Shown here piece by piece: positions 18,073-28,970 of a DNA stretch of 48,882 nucleotides. Numbering within the stretch: position 1 is the first letter of the stretch; every line of letters starts with the position of its first letter. Below the pieces are notes generated by a model that was not told the origin of the DNA, did not search any database, and was given only the letters and a program-made list of their open reading frames with translations. The stretch lies in contig JAHYJR010000002.1 of NCBI GenBank assembly GCA_019429005.1, positions 104,852 to 153,733 on the forward strand, written 5' to 3'. This DNA is from Nanobdellati archaeon (lineage in GTDB: Archaea; EX4484-52; GLR71). The translations under genes were made by a program, and so were the position numbers.

Positions 18073-21060
18073 ATGACAAAGATAATTATGGAAAAAAAGT
18101 ATGCAATTATAGCCATAATTCTCCTTATTTTGACTGCAACAATCTCCTCAGTATCAGCTATGGAACAAAAAGTTATAATGATACCTTATTACATCAGCCA
18201 AAATACACCTTTCTTTGCATGTGCAAAACTAGATAATTCAATATGTATAGAAGGCACTGAACAATTCACATATACTTATGGAAGTACAACGTATAGAGAA
18301 CTCAGACCACTTGAAGAGATTATTGAACCACTTGGATTTGATTACTATTCAGAATATTGGTGTAAAGAACTTAATCCAATTTATGCAATGACCGATTTCC
18401 CTAAAAGTGATACAACCGTAACAAAAGGAAGCAGTACTGTTTGCGAGATTGATTATGTTAATTATACAATAGATTTTCTCGAATATACAAATCCCTCTTT
18501 CAAAATAAAATATCATACTCCAACCGGAACTGTTACAGACTGGTATAATCTAACAGATACGATAATACTTGATACAACAACAAACAAAAAAATATGGTTT
18601 AGAGCAATCCGTATAGGTGCAAGTACATTTTTAGACCTATCATGTAATTCTGATGCAAACATCCTAATGCCAATATCAAAAATAACAATAAATGGATCTT
18701 GTGAAGACAAAGATATTGCAGAACATAACTTACAATGGAGTGAAACAGAAACATTAGTTATTGATAATGTCACAATTATTTTTGAAACAAATACAAGCCA
18801 ACTTAACTACAGTATATTACAAGAACAAAATATGACAATAACTGCCACACTTTTCAATAAAAATGGTGAAAAAAGCACAGGAAATATCTATTATAGCCTA
18901 CGAAGCATAACAGGGCCAGTCTTTATAAAAGGCGAACTCATCCTTAATACAACATCACAAAATTATTATAACTCTATATATATACCACCAGAATATCCAG
19001 TAGGCATAATTGAACTAGAAGCAAAAGACATATCAGGATACACAGGCGGTATTAAAACGATTTATAAGACAATACCATACGATTTCAACCTTAGCATAGC
19101 AGACGATAACATAAATACAGATTTTAATTATTTCATAAAAGATCAAGTACCAATAACATTTGAAATAGATAATAAATATGGTACTATATACAACATAACA
19201 GGCACTTTAAAATACCTAAATACAACATCATCTGAAAATGAACTTACAGACCTAAACATGCAAAATAATGGTGGTAAATATCTTTTTAATATCCCGGGAG
19301 ATCAACCTGGAGAATACATAATTGAAATTAATGTAAAACATTCAACGGGATATAATATGACATATTACAGATATTTACATGTAATGGGTTTTTCATTTGA
19401 ATTGTTTGTACCAAAAACATGGATACAAGGCGACATAATAGAAATTTTCACATGGGTTGAAGATGCAAGAAATGTAAGTGCAAAATCTATTGATAGTAAT
19501 ATCACATATAGTAAAATAAGAAAACCATCTGGCTCTGAAGACATAATTACTGAAGAACCAAAAGCACCTACAGACTATAAACATAAATTCTATTATACCA
19601 CATTAAATTCAACAGAATTAGGATTTTATACAGTAACAATCAAAGCTACAGACATATACAATTATTCTTATGAGAAATCATATCCATTCTATTTAGGTAC
19701 AAACTACAAAAATGAATTTATAGAAATCACAAAACCACCAGAATTAAATGTGACAACTTTCAAAATAATTGAAGGTAACATAACCATCAAAAACATAAAA
19801 AACACTAAAATTTATGATATCAATGTAAAAGTAAATGCATTCTCAGAATATCTTTCAGTCAACATAAGCGATATGCAAAAAGACCTTGAATCCCAAAATA
19901 CTACAAATTTCAAATATATAATTATACCAGATAAAAATATACCATCAGGCAATAATACTGGAGAAATAGAGATTACAGTAAATAATGTTTCAATACGTAT
20001 ACCTATAGAAATTGAAGTAGATCTTAAAGGATATATGACAACAACACCAACAAAAGTTGAATTTGATACAATAACCCAAACAACAATATCAAAATCAATA
20101 AACCTAAAAAATACAGGTTACTTAATGCTTAAGAATGTAAATGTAGAACTTACAGGAAACATCACAAACCATTCAACAATAATATTTACAGAGAAAAATA
20201 TAACAATAGGTAATGATTACAATATAGAGCTTAATTTCAATTTTAATAACCCTGGTTATTATGAAGGCCTAATAAAAGTAAAATCAGAAACATCCGAAAC
20301 CAATCAAATAAAAATAAAAATAACAGTCTATAACAATTTAGATTCAAATATTGAATCAATGTTCTCTGAAATCAGCAACCTTCAGATTAATTTAACCGAA
20401 CTTGAAACATATAATATAAATCTCTATAACCTAACAGAGAGAATGATAAATATAATAGGAAACCATTCTGAACTTGAAGATTATTATGATGCAAAAAATT
20501 ATTCTGAAAGTAAAAAAATCTATGATCAATTACAGATAGAACTAAACGCAATCAAATCAGAATATAATGTAAAATACCAAGAATTTCAAAAAAGCCAACA
20601 GCCAGTTGAAAATGATGGTTTTTGTGAAGCAAAAGAATTATGTTCAAGCCAAGATTGTATGTTTTCTGCAAGATGCAACCCTGTTGTTTGTGGTGATGAC
20701 ATTTGTGACCTTGGAGAATGTACTACATGCCCAACTGACTGCAATCCAATCATTTGTAATACAGCAGTACAAACAGATGATACAACGGATTCAATAACAA
20801 ACAAAAAAGATGATAATACATCCACAAGTTCAAGTAGTATAATAAAAATCGTAATGGCTATATTTGGACTTATAATATTAATAGTCGTAGCAACAAGCAT
20901 AATACCTATAAAAAACACATCAACAAATGATAATAACAATAATAATAATGAAAATAATACAGGACAAGAACAACAACAATCAAAAGAAACCATAACTGAA
21001 AAAATCGAACAAACTGTAAATAATATAAAAGATAAAATAAACAATCTACTAAACAGATAA
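18073..21060 (+). CDS. Large cell-surface protein (signal peptide, Ig-like modules, coiled coil, Cys-rich segment, C-terminal TM)
   Basis: Signal peptide, many N-x-S/T sequons, CGDDICDLGECTTCPTDC, TM IVMAIFGLIILIVVATSII. Confidence 0.75.
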   Translation: MTKIIMEKKYAIIAIILLILTATISSVSAMEQKVIMIPYYISQNTPFFACAKLDNSICIEGTEQFTYTYGSTTYRELRPLEEIIEPLGFDYYSEYWCKELNPIYAMTDFPKSDTTVTKGSSTVCEIDYVNYTIDFLEYTNPSFKIKYHTPTGTVTDWYNLTDTIILDTTTNKKIWFRAIRIGASTFLDLSCNSDANILMPISKITINGSCEDKDIAEHNLQWSETETLVIDNVTIIFETNTSQLNYSILQEQNMTITATLFNKNGEKSTGNIYYSLRSITGPVFIKGELILNTTSQNYYNSIYIPPEYPVGIIELEAKDISGYTGGIKTIYKTIPYDFNLSIADDNINTDFNYFIKDQVPITFEIDNKYGTIYNITGTLKYLNTTSSENELTDLNMQNNGGKYLFNIPGDQPGEYIIEINVKHSTGYNMTYYRYLHVMGFSFELFVPKTWIQGDIIEIFTWVEDARNVSAKSIDSNITYSKIRKPSGSEDIITEEPKAPTDYKHKFYYTTLNSTELGFYTVTIKATDIYNYSYEKSYPFYLGTNYKNEFIEITKPPELNVTTFKIIEGNITIKNIKNTKIYDINVKVNAFSEYLSVNISDMQKDLESQNTTNFKYIIIPDKNIPSGNNTGEIEITVNNVSIRIPIEIEVDLKGYMTTTPTKVEFDTITQTTISKSINLKNTGYLMLKNVNVELTGNITNHSTIIFTEKNITIGNDYNIELNFNFNNPGYYEGLIKVKSETSETNQIKIKITVYNNLDSNIESMFSEISNLQINLTELETYNINLYNLTERMINIIGNHSELEDYYDAKNYSESKKIYDQLQIELNAIKSEYNVKYQEFQKSQQPVENDGFCEAKELCSSQDCMFSARCNPVVCGDDICDLGECTTCPTDCNPIICNTAVQTDDTTDSITNKKDDNTSTSSSSIIKIVMAIFGLIILIVVATSIIPIKNTSTNDNNNNNNENNTGQEQQQSKETITEKIEQTVNNIKDKINNLLNR

Positions 21061-21144
21061 GTATACTTTTTAAAAATAAGACATTCTATATTATACTACT
21101 TAATTATAAAACAATAAATTGAAAACTAAAGGGAGGGAATTCTT

Positions 21145-22236
21145 TTGTCAGAAATTGAAGATAAAATACAAAAAATAGAAGATGAACTTGCGATTACTCC
21201 TTCAAATAAAGGAACTCAAGGACATATCGGACTCCTTAAAGCTAAAATTGCTAGACTTAAAGACGATCTTGTTGTAAGAAGTTCCCAAAAAACAGATGGT
21301 TACGGTTATTCTGTAAAAAAATCTGGAGATGCAACAGTTATATTACTAGGTTTTCCTTCAGTTGGAAAATCAACACTCATAAATAATATTACTAATGCAG
21401 ATTCGCCTGTAGCTGGATATGAATTTACAACACTTAATGTAATTCCAGGCATTATGGAATATGAAGATACACACATACAAATACTAGATATCCCTGGTAT
21501 AATTGAAGGTGCTTCAGAAGGTAAAGGTAAAGGAAAACAAGTTCTTGCCGTATCAAAAATGGGAGATATTATACTCATCATTGTTGATGTATTTAAGACA
21601 CATCAACTTGAAATAATCAAAAAGGAATTATATAACGCAGGAATTAGATTAAATGAAAAAAAACCAAAAGTTAGAATTAAAAAAACTGGAATCGGTGGAA
21701 TATTAATAAACAAAACTGTAAAACTTACAAAAATAAATTATGAAACAATAAAGTCTATACTTACAGGTTTTGGAATACTTAATGCTGACATACTTATACA
21801 AGATGATATTGATGATAACCAATTAATTGATTGTATAGCTGGAAATCGTAATTATATCTCAATGATGGCCGTACTTAACAAAATAGATCTTGTAGACAAT
21901 GAAACATTAAATAATATTAAAAAAAACATTTCAGATGATCTTATATGTATTTCTGCAGATAAAAATCTAAATATAGAACAATTAAAAGAACATATTTATA
22001 AACGTCTTAATTTTATTAAAATCTATACAAAACGTATTGGAAAAAAACCAGATATGAAAGATCCAATAATACTTAAAAAAGGTTCAACAGTTGAAGATGT
22101 ATGCCTCCATTTACATAAAGATTTTGTAAAGACATTTGAATATGCAAAGATTTGGGGAGATAATGTTAGGTTCCAAGGGCAGAGAAAAGACCTAAATCAT
22201 GTGTTATCTGACAAGAACATAGTTGAACTGCATTAA
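21145..22236 (+). CDS. drg: DRG family GTPase
   Basis: GFPSVGKST, YEFTTL, LDIPGIIEGA, NKID, TGS domain; TTG start after GGGAGGG SD. Confidence 0.93.
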   Translation: MSEIEDKIQKIEDELAITPSNKGTQGHIGLLKAKIARLKDDLVVRSSQKTDGYGYSVKKSGDATVILLGFPSVGKSTLINNITNADSPVAGYEFTTLNVIPGIMEYEDTHIQILDIPGIIEGASEGKGKGKQVLAVSKMGDIILIIVDVFKTHQLEIIKKELYNAGIRLNEKKPKVRIKKTGIGGILINKTVKLTKINYETIKSILTGFGILNADILIQDDIDDNQLIDCIAGNRNYISMMAVLNKIDLVDNETLNNIKKNISDDLICISADKNLNIEQLKEHIYKRLNFIKIYTKRIGKKPDMKDPIILKKGSTVEDVCLHLHKDFVKTFEYAKIWGDNVRFQGQRKDLNHVLSDKNIVELH

Positions 22237-22255
22237 ACAAGTAATTTAAACATAA

Positions 22256-22714
22256 TCACTCAGATTCTTTGCGTTCAGATACGTCCTGCTTTTCAATAGA
22301 AAGGTCATGCTTCTCTTTATTTTTAGGTTCCTTATCCTTTTTAAAAATAGATTCATATATTGACGTAAAAATCCAAATTACAGAATTACCTATAAAAATA
22401 AGTATATTAAGTGGTACCAATATAACTTTACCTGTAAAAATACTAGCACTAATCATTATTCGTATTATCTCATATATAAGATACAATAACATACCAAATA
22501 TCATAAAATTAAATGATGTTGAAAGAGAAAGCTCAACAAAGCCGCTGATACCAAAAATATTATTTATTATAAAAGGTACAAATCCCAAAATAAGACCAGC
22601 AAAAACTGTTTTTATAAATAACTTAACTGCTTTGAGCATAATAAATATGAATCCTAAAAATCCAAGTATAATAAAAAACCATAAAAGATTATTTCCAACT
22701 AAAAATTCAAACAT
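22256..22714 (-). CDS. Hypothetical membrane protein
   Basis: 3-4 hydrophobic helices and a charged tail. Confidence 0.65.
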   Translation of the reverse strand: MFEFLVGNNLLWFFIILGFLGFIFIMLKAVKLFIKTVFAGLILGFVPFIINNIFGISGFVELSLSTSFNFMIFGMLLYLIYEIIRIMISASIFTGKVILVPLNILIFIGNSVIWIFTSIYESIFKKDKEPKNKEKHDLSIEKQDVSERKESE

Positions 22715-22791
22715 AATAATCTTTAGAGAGTATAACTTAAATAGTTAACAGATATGTACAAAACAACTAATTCAAGTAATAAAAAGTATAT

Positions 22792-22821
22792 CAATTGATT
22801 ACAAACCAATTGATTACAAAC
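22792..22821. repeat. 15-bp tandem duplication (CAATTGATTACAAAC)x2
   Basis: Read directly in the intergenic region. Confidence 0.8.
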
Positions 22822-22858
22822 ATATCAACTAATTACAATAAAAACCAATTAATTCTAA

Positions 22859-23572
22859 TTATGCAGGAGTCTTCAATAATGTTGATTTGATAATACCATC
22901 TCCTAAAAAGGTAAATGAACTTTTATCTCTCATTATAAAATCACCTTTAAATGACATAATATCTATAACACTCTCTTTTGATAATTGATATGTAATCTTA
23001 TCTGATTTATCAGTAACATTGATCTCACCAAAAACAGATTCCATATGTACATCATTTACAGGAATATTATCTAGACCCATATAAACAATTGTAAGATTAT
23101 TTGCTTCTAAAGAAAGAAGATTCTTATGACTCATTGTATTATCATTAACTTTAATCATAAGCGCCTTCCCGTTAATACTAACCTTATCAGTAACATGAAT
23201 AGTACCTGTAAAATTCACAATCACAACAAGATTATTATCTGAAGCAACAAAAATACCGTTTACAAGAAAAGGCATATTTGGCATAGAAAAATTAAGTTCT
23301 ATCATAGATATGGGTTCTTTAGCAATTATAACAAAATCCTGGACTTTATATGGTTCAAGCTCTGCTGAAAATGAAACAGTCTTTGATTCAGAAAAACCTG
23401 AAATCTTTTGAACTAATGAAAAACCCATTGGATTATCAAAAAGAGAATCAAAATTAAAATCAAAACCAGTACCATTATCACCATCAACCAAGACTGAAAA
23501 TGAAAATGTAAGCACAAAAGCTCCAATAACTGCAGCAAAAAGCGTTTTATAATCTACCATAAATATCATCAT
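22859..23572 (-). CDS. Hypothetical membrane-anchored protein
   Basis: N-terminal TM helix, beta-rich body. Confidence 0.65.
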   Translation of the reverse strand: MMIFMVDYKTLFAAVIGAFVLTFSFSVLVDGDNGTGFDFNFDSLFDNPMGFSLVQKISGFSESKTVSFSAELEPYKVQDFVIIAKEPISMIELNFSMPNMPFLVNGIFVASDNNLVVIVNFTGTIHVTDKVSINGKALMIKVNDNTMSHKNLLSLEANNLTIVYMGLDNIPVNDVHMESVFGEINVTDKSDKITYQLSKESVIDIMSFKGDFIMRDKSSFTFLGDGIIKSTLLKTPA

Positions 23573-23637
23573 ATAATATTATTATATATATTATAGTGTC
23601 TGTTACTTTAAAAATTTTCGATAATAATAAAGTTATT

Positions 23638-24600
23638 ATGGTATTTATAAAAAAATTCAAAAAATCTGAAGAATTTGAAAAGATTAAATCCTTTATCAAT
23701 AACAAAAACGCAAAAAAAATAGCTTTACAACTACCCGAAGGATTAAAAACACAATCTAGAGAGATTATAGACAGTATAACAGATCTTGACTGCGATGTTT
23801 TATTATTTGCAGACCCTTGTTTTGGTGCTTGCGACATACCAGAAGATTCAGCAAAACAACTAAACTGTGATGTAATCATACATTTTGCTCATTCTAAATA
23901 CCTTAAGAACATAAAAATACCTATACTATATGTCGAATACAGAACAGATAACAATAAAGAAATAATTGAAACACTTACTAAAAATATAAGTAAATTAAAA
24001 GAATATAGTTCAATAGGTCTTATAACAACATTACAACACATTAATTCTCTTGATAACGTAAAAGAAATCCTAGAAAAAAATAACATTAAAACATATATAG
24101 GTAAACCAAAACTTGCAACATACAAAGGACAAATTTTAGGATGCGATCAATCAAGTGCAAAAGACATAACTGAAAAAGTTGAATGTTTCTTATATATAGG
24201 CTCAGGCCTATTTCATCCATTAGGTGTCGCAAGAGATCAAGACAAACCAGTATGGATACTTGATATTGAAAAAAAAGAATTAAATCATCTAAAAAAAGAA
24301 TATGAAAAATATTATACAAAAATAATATTAAAAAAAGCAAAATTTGATATAGCACAAAATATAGGTCTTCTAGTATCTACAAAAAATGGACAAATGGATA
24401 AAAATATCAAACCAATAAAAACTAAATTAGAAGCACTTGGAAAAAAAGTATATGTACTAGTAATGAACCATATCTCTTACGATAAAATGGAAGGTATAGG
24501 TATTGATTTTCTTATAAACACAGCCTGCCCACGACTTGAAGAAGATCTTACCTTTGACAGACCACTTCTAAACTGGAATACCTTAAAGCAATATCTTTAA
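23638..24600 (+). CDS. dph2: Diphthamide biosynthesis enzyme Dph2
   Basis: LQLPEGLK, DPCFGACD, GQILGCD, GSGLFHPLG, NTACPRL. Confidence 0.95.
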   Translation: MVFIKKFKKSEEFEKIKSFINNKNAKKIALQLPEGLKTQSREIIDSITDLDCDVLLFADPCFGACDIPEDSAKQLNCDVIIHFAHSKYLKNIKIPILYVEYRTDNNKEIIETLTKNISKLKEYSSIGLITTLQHINSLDNVKEILEKNNIKTYIGKPKLATYKGQILGCDQSSAKDITEKVECFLYIGSGLFHPLGVARDQDKPVWILDIEKKELNHLKKEYEKYYTKIILKKAKFDIAQNIGLLVSTKNGQMDKNIKPIKTKLEALGKKVYVLVMNHISYDKMEGIGIDFLINTACPRLEEDLTFDRPLLNWNTLKQYL

Positions 24601-24698
24601 AAAGATATATATGAAAGTTTAACAAGAATTATAATTAATTAGTAAATCAATAAGATATATAAAGACGTTTACATAAAATGTAATCATTGGTGTTTAAT

Positions 24699-24971
24699 AT
24701 GAATGTGACAATTAAAAATGAAAAAAATTCCCTTGTAGTAGAAATGACAGAAACTAAACATACATTACCTAATATGTTAAGAGTAGCATTATGGGAAGAC
24801 CCAACAGTCACACTTGCAGCTTATGAAAAAAAACATCCATTAATGGGAAACCCTACATTAATCATAAAAGCAAAAGACCCAAACAAAGCACTTTTAAATG
24901 CAATTAAAAAAACAGAAACTGATTTAAAAGATTTTGAAGACTTATTTAAAAAAGCAATGAAAAAAGCTTAA
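24699..24971 (+). CDS. rpoL: RNA polymerase subunit L (Rpo11)
   Basis: HTLPNMLR, AAYEKKHPL. Confidence 0.92.
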   Translation: MNVTIKNEKNSLVVEMTETKHTLPNMLRVALWEDPTVTLAAYEKKHPLMGNPTLIIKAKDPNKALLNAIKKTETDLKDFEDLFKKAMKKA

Positions 24972-25117
24972 TTTTTTAAAACTTTTTTTATTTTTAAATT
25001 TTATTTTTTATATAAATTATATTTTATATAAATATTTATATTTTTTATATAGATTTATCTTTATTCTAACATTTAATTATAGACACAATTATTAAAACAG
25101 CATCTAGAACAAAATTC

Positions 25118-26341
25118 TTACTCATACCTTAATGCATCCACAGGATTCAACCCAGCAGCCTGTCTTGCAGGAATAACGCCAGAAACACAGCCCACAACAA
25201 ATGAAAATATAAGAGCACCAAACAACAACTCAAAAGATAGATACGCACTAATATAACCCGGACCCATTACATAAACCGCAATAAGTTCAACACTTTTACT
25301 TATACCTACCCCTATTAAAACACCAACAGTACCACCAACAAGACCAAGTACACCCGATTCAATAAGAAATATCATCATTATATCATTATTTTTTGCACCT
25401 ATCGCTTTCATCAAACCGATATCACGTGTACGTTCTAGAACTGAGGTATACATAGTATTCATAACCCCAATACCACCAACTATAAGAGATATTGCAGCAA
25501 TACCAATAAAAACAATCTGAATAATTGCAAAGATACTTAAAAAACGTTCAATAATCTCAGTAGGTGTTGAAATCTTAAAATCTTCCTCACCAACCTTAAC
25601 ATTCCTACTTTTTCTAAGACTATATTCTATATCATTTGATACTTTTGTAACATCAAAACCTGCTATAGTCTTAACGAAAATACTTGAAATCATATCAGGC
25701 TCATCCAATAATTCACGTGCCACATCAATAGGCATCCTAATCATTTTATCATGTAACGGACTTCCGCTCTTTTTCTGTATACCAACAACCTTGAAATCCT
25801 CATTATTAACAGTTATAACATTCCCCACATCGACATCTTTGATAAAAGTATCATAAGCAAGAACAGGACCGATTGAAACTTTATATTGATCACTACTATC
25901 TATAGTCCTTCCAAGTTCAATTTTAAAAAAATCCATTGTATTTAAATACTTACTAGTCTCTGTATCAACAGGTGTACCAAATAATATCACATAATTAATA
26001 TCACCTTTAAATTCTGCCAAAACTGGCATTATCAAGACTTCGGATACAACATCAACCCCCTTAACACGATTAATGACATCAATATCTTTTTGTGTTAACT
26101 TTGATGGTGTCATATCAGCTGACGCTGGCGTACTAGTCATCCCTGAACCAGGTGTTATAACAAGACGATCTGTACCAATTTTCTGAAATTCGGACAGAAC
26201 AGCTTCCTGCATCCCAAATCCTAAAGATATTAAAGAAACAACTGCAGCAATACCCACAATTATACCAATCATAGTAAGCCATGATCGTATACCTTTGTGT
26301 CTGATATTGCCTATAACCATACTAAAATAATCTAATATCAT
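25118..26341 (-). CDS. MacB/FtsX-like ABC transporter permease
   Basis: RSWLTMIGIIVG, GGIGVMNTMYTSVLERTRDIGLMKAIGA, PARQAAGLNPVDALRYE. Confidence 0.93.
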   Translation of the reverse strand: MILDYFSMVIGNIRHKGIRSWLTMIGIIVGIAAVVSLISLGFGMQEAVLSEFQKIGTDRLVITPGSGMTSTPASADMTPSKLTQKDIDVINRVKGVDVVSEVLIMPVLAEFKGDINYVILFGTPVDTETSKYLNTMDFFKIELGRTIDSSDQYKVSIGPVLAYDTFIKDVDVGNVITVNNEDFKVVGIQKKSGSPLHDKMIRMPIDVARELLDEPDMISSIFVKTIAGFDVTKVSNDIEYSLRKSRNVKVGEEDFKISTPTEIIERFLSIFAIIQIVFIGIAAISLIVGGIGVMNTMYTSVLERTRDIGLMKAIGAKNNDIMMIFLIESGVLGLVGGTVGVLIGVGISKSVELIAVYVMGPGYISAYLSFELLFGALIFSFVVGCVSGVIPARQAAGLNPVDALRYE

Positions 26342-27591
26342 GCTTTTTTATCCCTCTTATACCTGTATCCAGCATAACCAAGGATTAAAACCACAATAAA
26401 TATCAAATATCCTGAATTAAACGCTTTTGGTTTAAGCATAAATTGTTCAGCTTCAGCTTGAGTATATAACGGCACTGTCACATATTTAATTTCAGTATAT
26501 ATGCCATTATTAGCATCAAGATATTTTAATGTAATTGGAAGCTCTAAATCATCACCATCTATACCATTACTAAATACATGTATATTAAACTCAGCTGTAT
26601 CATAATCATCTGATTCAAGATCACCGACATATACATTTTTTGAAGACAAAACAGTATAATCATCTGATTCCCCTAAAGAAATATCAAGAAGTTTAATATC
26701 AATAATACCCTTATTAATTATACTAACATACAACAAACCAGTATCACCTGATGTTAATATCTCTGTGTATTCAAGACCAACATAAATATTTGGTTTTCCA
26801 CCAATAACAATACCAATTACAGACGATTTAGAAAAATCATTTCCAACTAAATCAGTATAAGTAATCGTTACAGGTACCTTATAAACACCAGCACTCGCAC
26901 CTGGTATTGCAATTATATTAAATACTGCTTCAGATGACTTTCCAGCTGTAAGTTTTCCTAAACGTACCTCTGAAATAGAATCAACTGGTGCAAAAGGTGT
27001 AGCTGTAGTTGAAATATCAAGAGCAACAACAATATCATCTATTATTGACACACCATTATTTTTCAAAATAATCTTTATGCTACCCACAGAACCTGGACTA
27101 AGATCATCAACAGATACGGATTCAACATCAATTTTTGCTTTCTTTGTAAGAACTTGTATATCAAAAGTCTCAACAAAACTGATACCAAAATCATCACTGA
27201 CTTTATACCTAAGACTCAATTTATTTAAACCCTCAATTGCATTATCATCAACTTTAACCCTATAACTTACAACTGCATCTTGTGCAATCCCAAGAGACCC
27301 TATAGACTTAATAGGCTTTTCAGATGTATCAAGTGAAAAAGGAAAACTAGGAACAAATTCAATACTAACATTTTTTGCAGGAGAATTACCTAAATTTTCT
27401 ATTTTAAACCAAGTCTCAAAATACTGACCAGGCTGTGCTGGATCAGGTTCATTTTTCATATTGGTCAAAACAACTGATGCAGATTCACCACTTACAACCG
27501 CAAAAGATGATGGCACCATCAAAATGATTGTAAAAGACATAACAATCATAAACATTACTAATTTTTTAATTAAAGATTTTTCTATTTTCAT
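26338..27591 (-). CDS. COG1361-type S-layer-domain protein
   Basis: Signal peptide, EPDPAQPG, repeated Ig-like units (FKIENLG, ILKNNG), C-terminal TM; typical position in this ABC operon. Confidence 0.8.
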   Translation of the reverse strand: MKIEKSLIKKLVMFMIVMSFTIILMVPSSFAVVSGESASVVLTNMKNEPDPAQPGQYFETWFKIENLGNSPAKNVSIEFVPSFPFSLDTSEKPIKSIGSLGIAQDAVVSYRVKVDDNAIEGLNKLSLRYKVSDDFGISFVETFDIQVLTKKAKIDVESVSVDDLSPGSVGSIKIILKNNGVSIIDDIVVALDISTTATPFAPVDSISEVRLGKLTAGKSSEAVFNIIAIPGASAGVYKVPVTITYTDLVGNDFSKSSVIGIVIGGKPNIYVGLEYTEILTSGDTGLLYVSIINKGIIDIKLLDISLGESDDYTVLSSKNVYVGDLESDDYDTAEFNIHVFSNGIDGDDLELPITLKYLDANNGIYTEIKYVTVPLYTQAEAEQFMLKPKAFNSGYLIFIVVLILGYAGYRYKRDKKA

Positions 27592-27651
27592 AAACTCACC
27601 ATAATCATAAATTACTATAATATATTTTATCAAACAATAATATACTATTTA

Positions 27652-28392
27652 TCAAACAATAGACTTAACTTTAATACCCTCTTTAGAGACTTTAATACCA
27701 TCTTTTGATACTTGACCATCTTTTATATAGATAACACGATCTCCAAAATTATATAAACTAGGATCATGCGTTACCATAACAATTGTTTTTTTACCCTCTT
27801 TATTTAATTTTTTAAAAAAGTCAAGAATTTCACGACCCGTTTTTGAATCAAGATTTCCAGTCGGTTCATCTGCAAGGATCATCTCAGGATTATTTGCAAG
27901 AGCTCTTGCAATAGCAACCCTTTGTTGTTCACCACCACTTAATTCAGATGGCTTATGATACATACGTTTTTCAAGACCAACAATTTTTAACAATTCTTTT
28001 GCTCTTTTTTCTCGCTTTTCTTTAGACGTATTTTGAAAAATCATTGGAAGTGTTACATTTTCAAAAGCAGTTGCAGTCTGTAAAAGATTCGCTTTCTGAA
28101 AAACAAAACCAATCTTACGACCACGTATCTGTGCAAGATCACTTTCTTCCAATGTTGAGATATCATGACCATCAAGATAAATCTGTCCTTTTGTTGGAAC
28201 ATCAAGACAACCTACCATATTCATCAAAGTAGATTTTCCAGAACCAGATGGACCCATAATAATTATAAATTTACCTTTTTTTATTGAAAAAGATACATCT
28301 TTTATAGCTGAAACTTCAACAGAACCCATCTTATAAATCTTCTCAATTTTCTTAAGTTCAACAATGTTTTCAGACACGCTTTTAACTACCAT
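27652..28392 (-). CDS. LolD/MacB-like ABC transporter ATPase
   Basis: GPSGSGKST, LSGGEQQRVAIARAL, LADEPTGNLD, VTHD. Confidence 0.95.
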   Translation of the reverse strand: MVVKSVSENIVELKKIEKIYKMGSVEVSAIKDVSFSIKKGKFIIIMGPSGSGKSTLMNMVGCLDVPTKGQIYLDGHDISTLEESDLAQIRGRKIGFVFQKANLLQTATAFENVTLPMIFQNTSKEKREKRAKELLKIVGLEKRMYHKPSELSGGEQQRVAIARALANNPEMILADEPTGNLDSKTGREILDFFKKLNKEGKKTIVMVTHDPSLYNFGDRVIYIKDGQVSKDGIKVSKEGIKVKSIV

Positions 28393-28548
28393 AATAAACT
28401 ATTATTGATTTTTAAAGTATATATATAGAGAGAGAGAGCACAAAAGAGAAAGACCTAAAAGAAATTAAAAAAAACGAAAGACTAACAAAAATAAATAACA
28501 AAACAAATAATTAATTTAAAAAGTTAAATTAAAAAATAAAACAAAAAT

Positions 28549-28836
28549 CTACTCAAAAGTAGATTCATCTATATCAATTATAATATCATCAAGTTCAGAT
28601 GATATCTCAGAATCAATTACATCGATACCCAAAATCTCATCTGTCAATATATCCATATCAGACGCAACACTTCCAGGAACCGCAGCATCATCAACAATTG
28701 TTTTTGTATCATCAACAATACTCTGATAAGTCACACCAGAACTCTGATCAGTCACAGCAGAATCCTGTACACACCCTGATAAAAAAACTAGAAAAACTAA
28801 CATTAAAACAATTGCATATCTTCGTTTCATAACCAT
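28549..28836 (-). CDS. Small acidic lipoprotein
   Basis: KRR + hydrophobic stretch + lipobox LSGC; Asp-rich tail. Confidence 0.7.
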   Translation of the reverse strand: MVMKRRYAIVLMLVFLVFLSGCVQDSAVTDQSSGVTYQSIVDDTKTIVDDAAVPGSVASDMDILTDEILGIDVIDSEISSELDDIIIDIDESTFE

Positions 28837-28899
28837 AAAAATCACATAATTCATATTTACTTATTATTATTTAATCTCTTTAATATATATAATTTAATT

Positions 28900-28938
28900 T
28901 AAAAAAATAAAACAATAACGGACAAAATAGCCCGTTAT
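28900..28938 (-). terminator. Hairpin + U-tract
   Basis: Minus strand ATAACGGGC-tatttt-GTCCGTTAT then TGTTTTATTTTTTT. Confidence 0.5.
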
Positions 28939-28970
28939 AAATTTTTAATATTAACAAATTATTCATTTGT

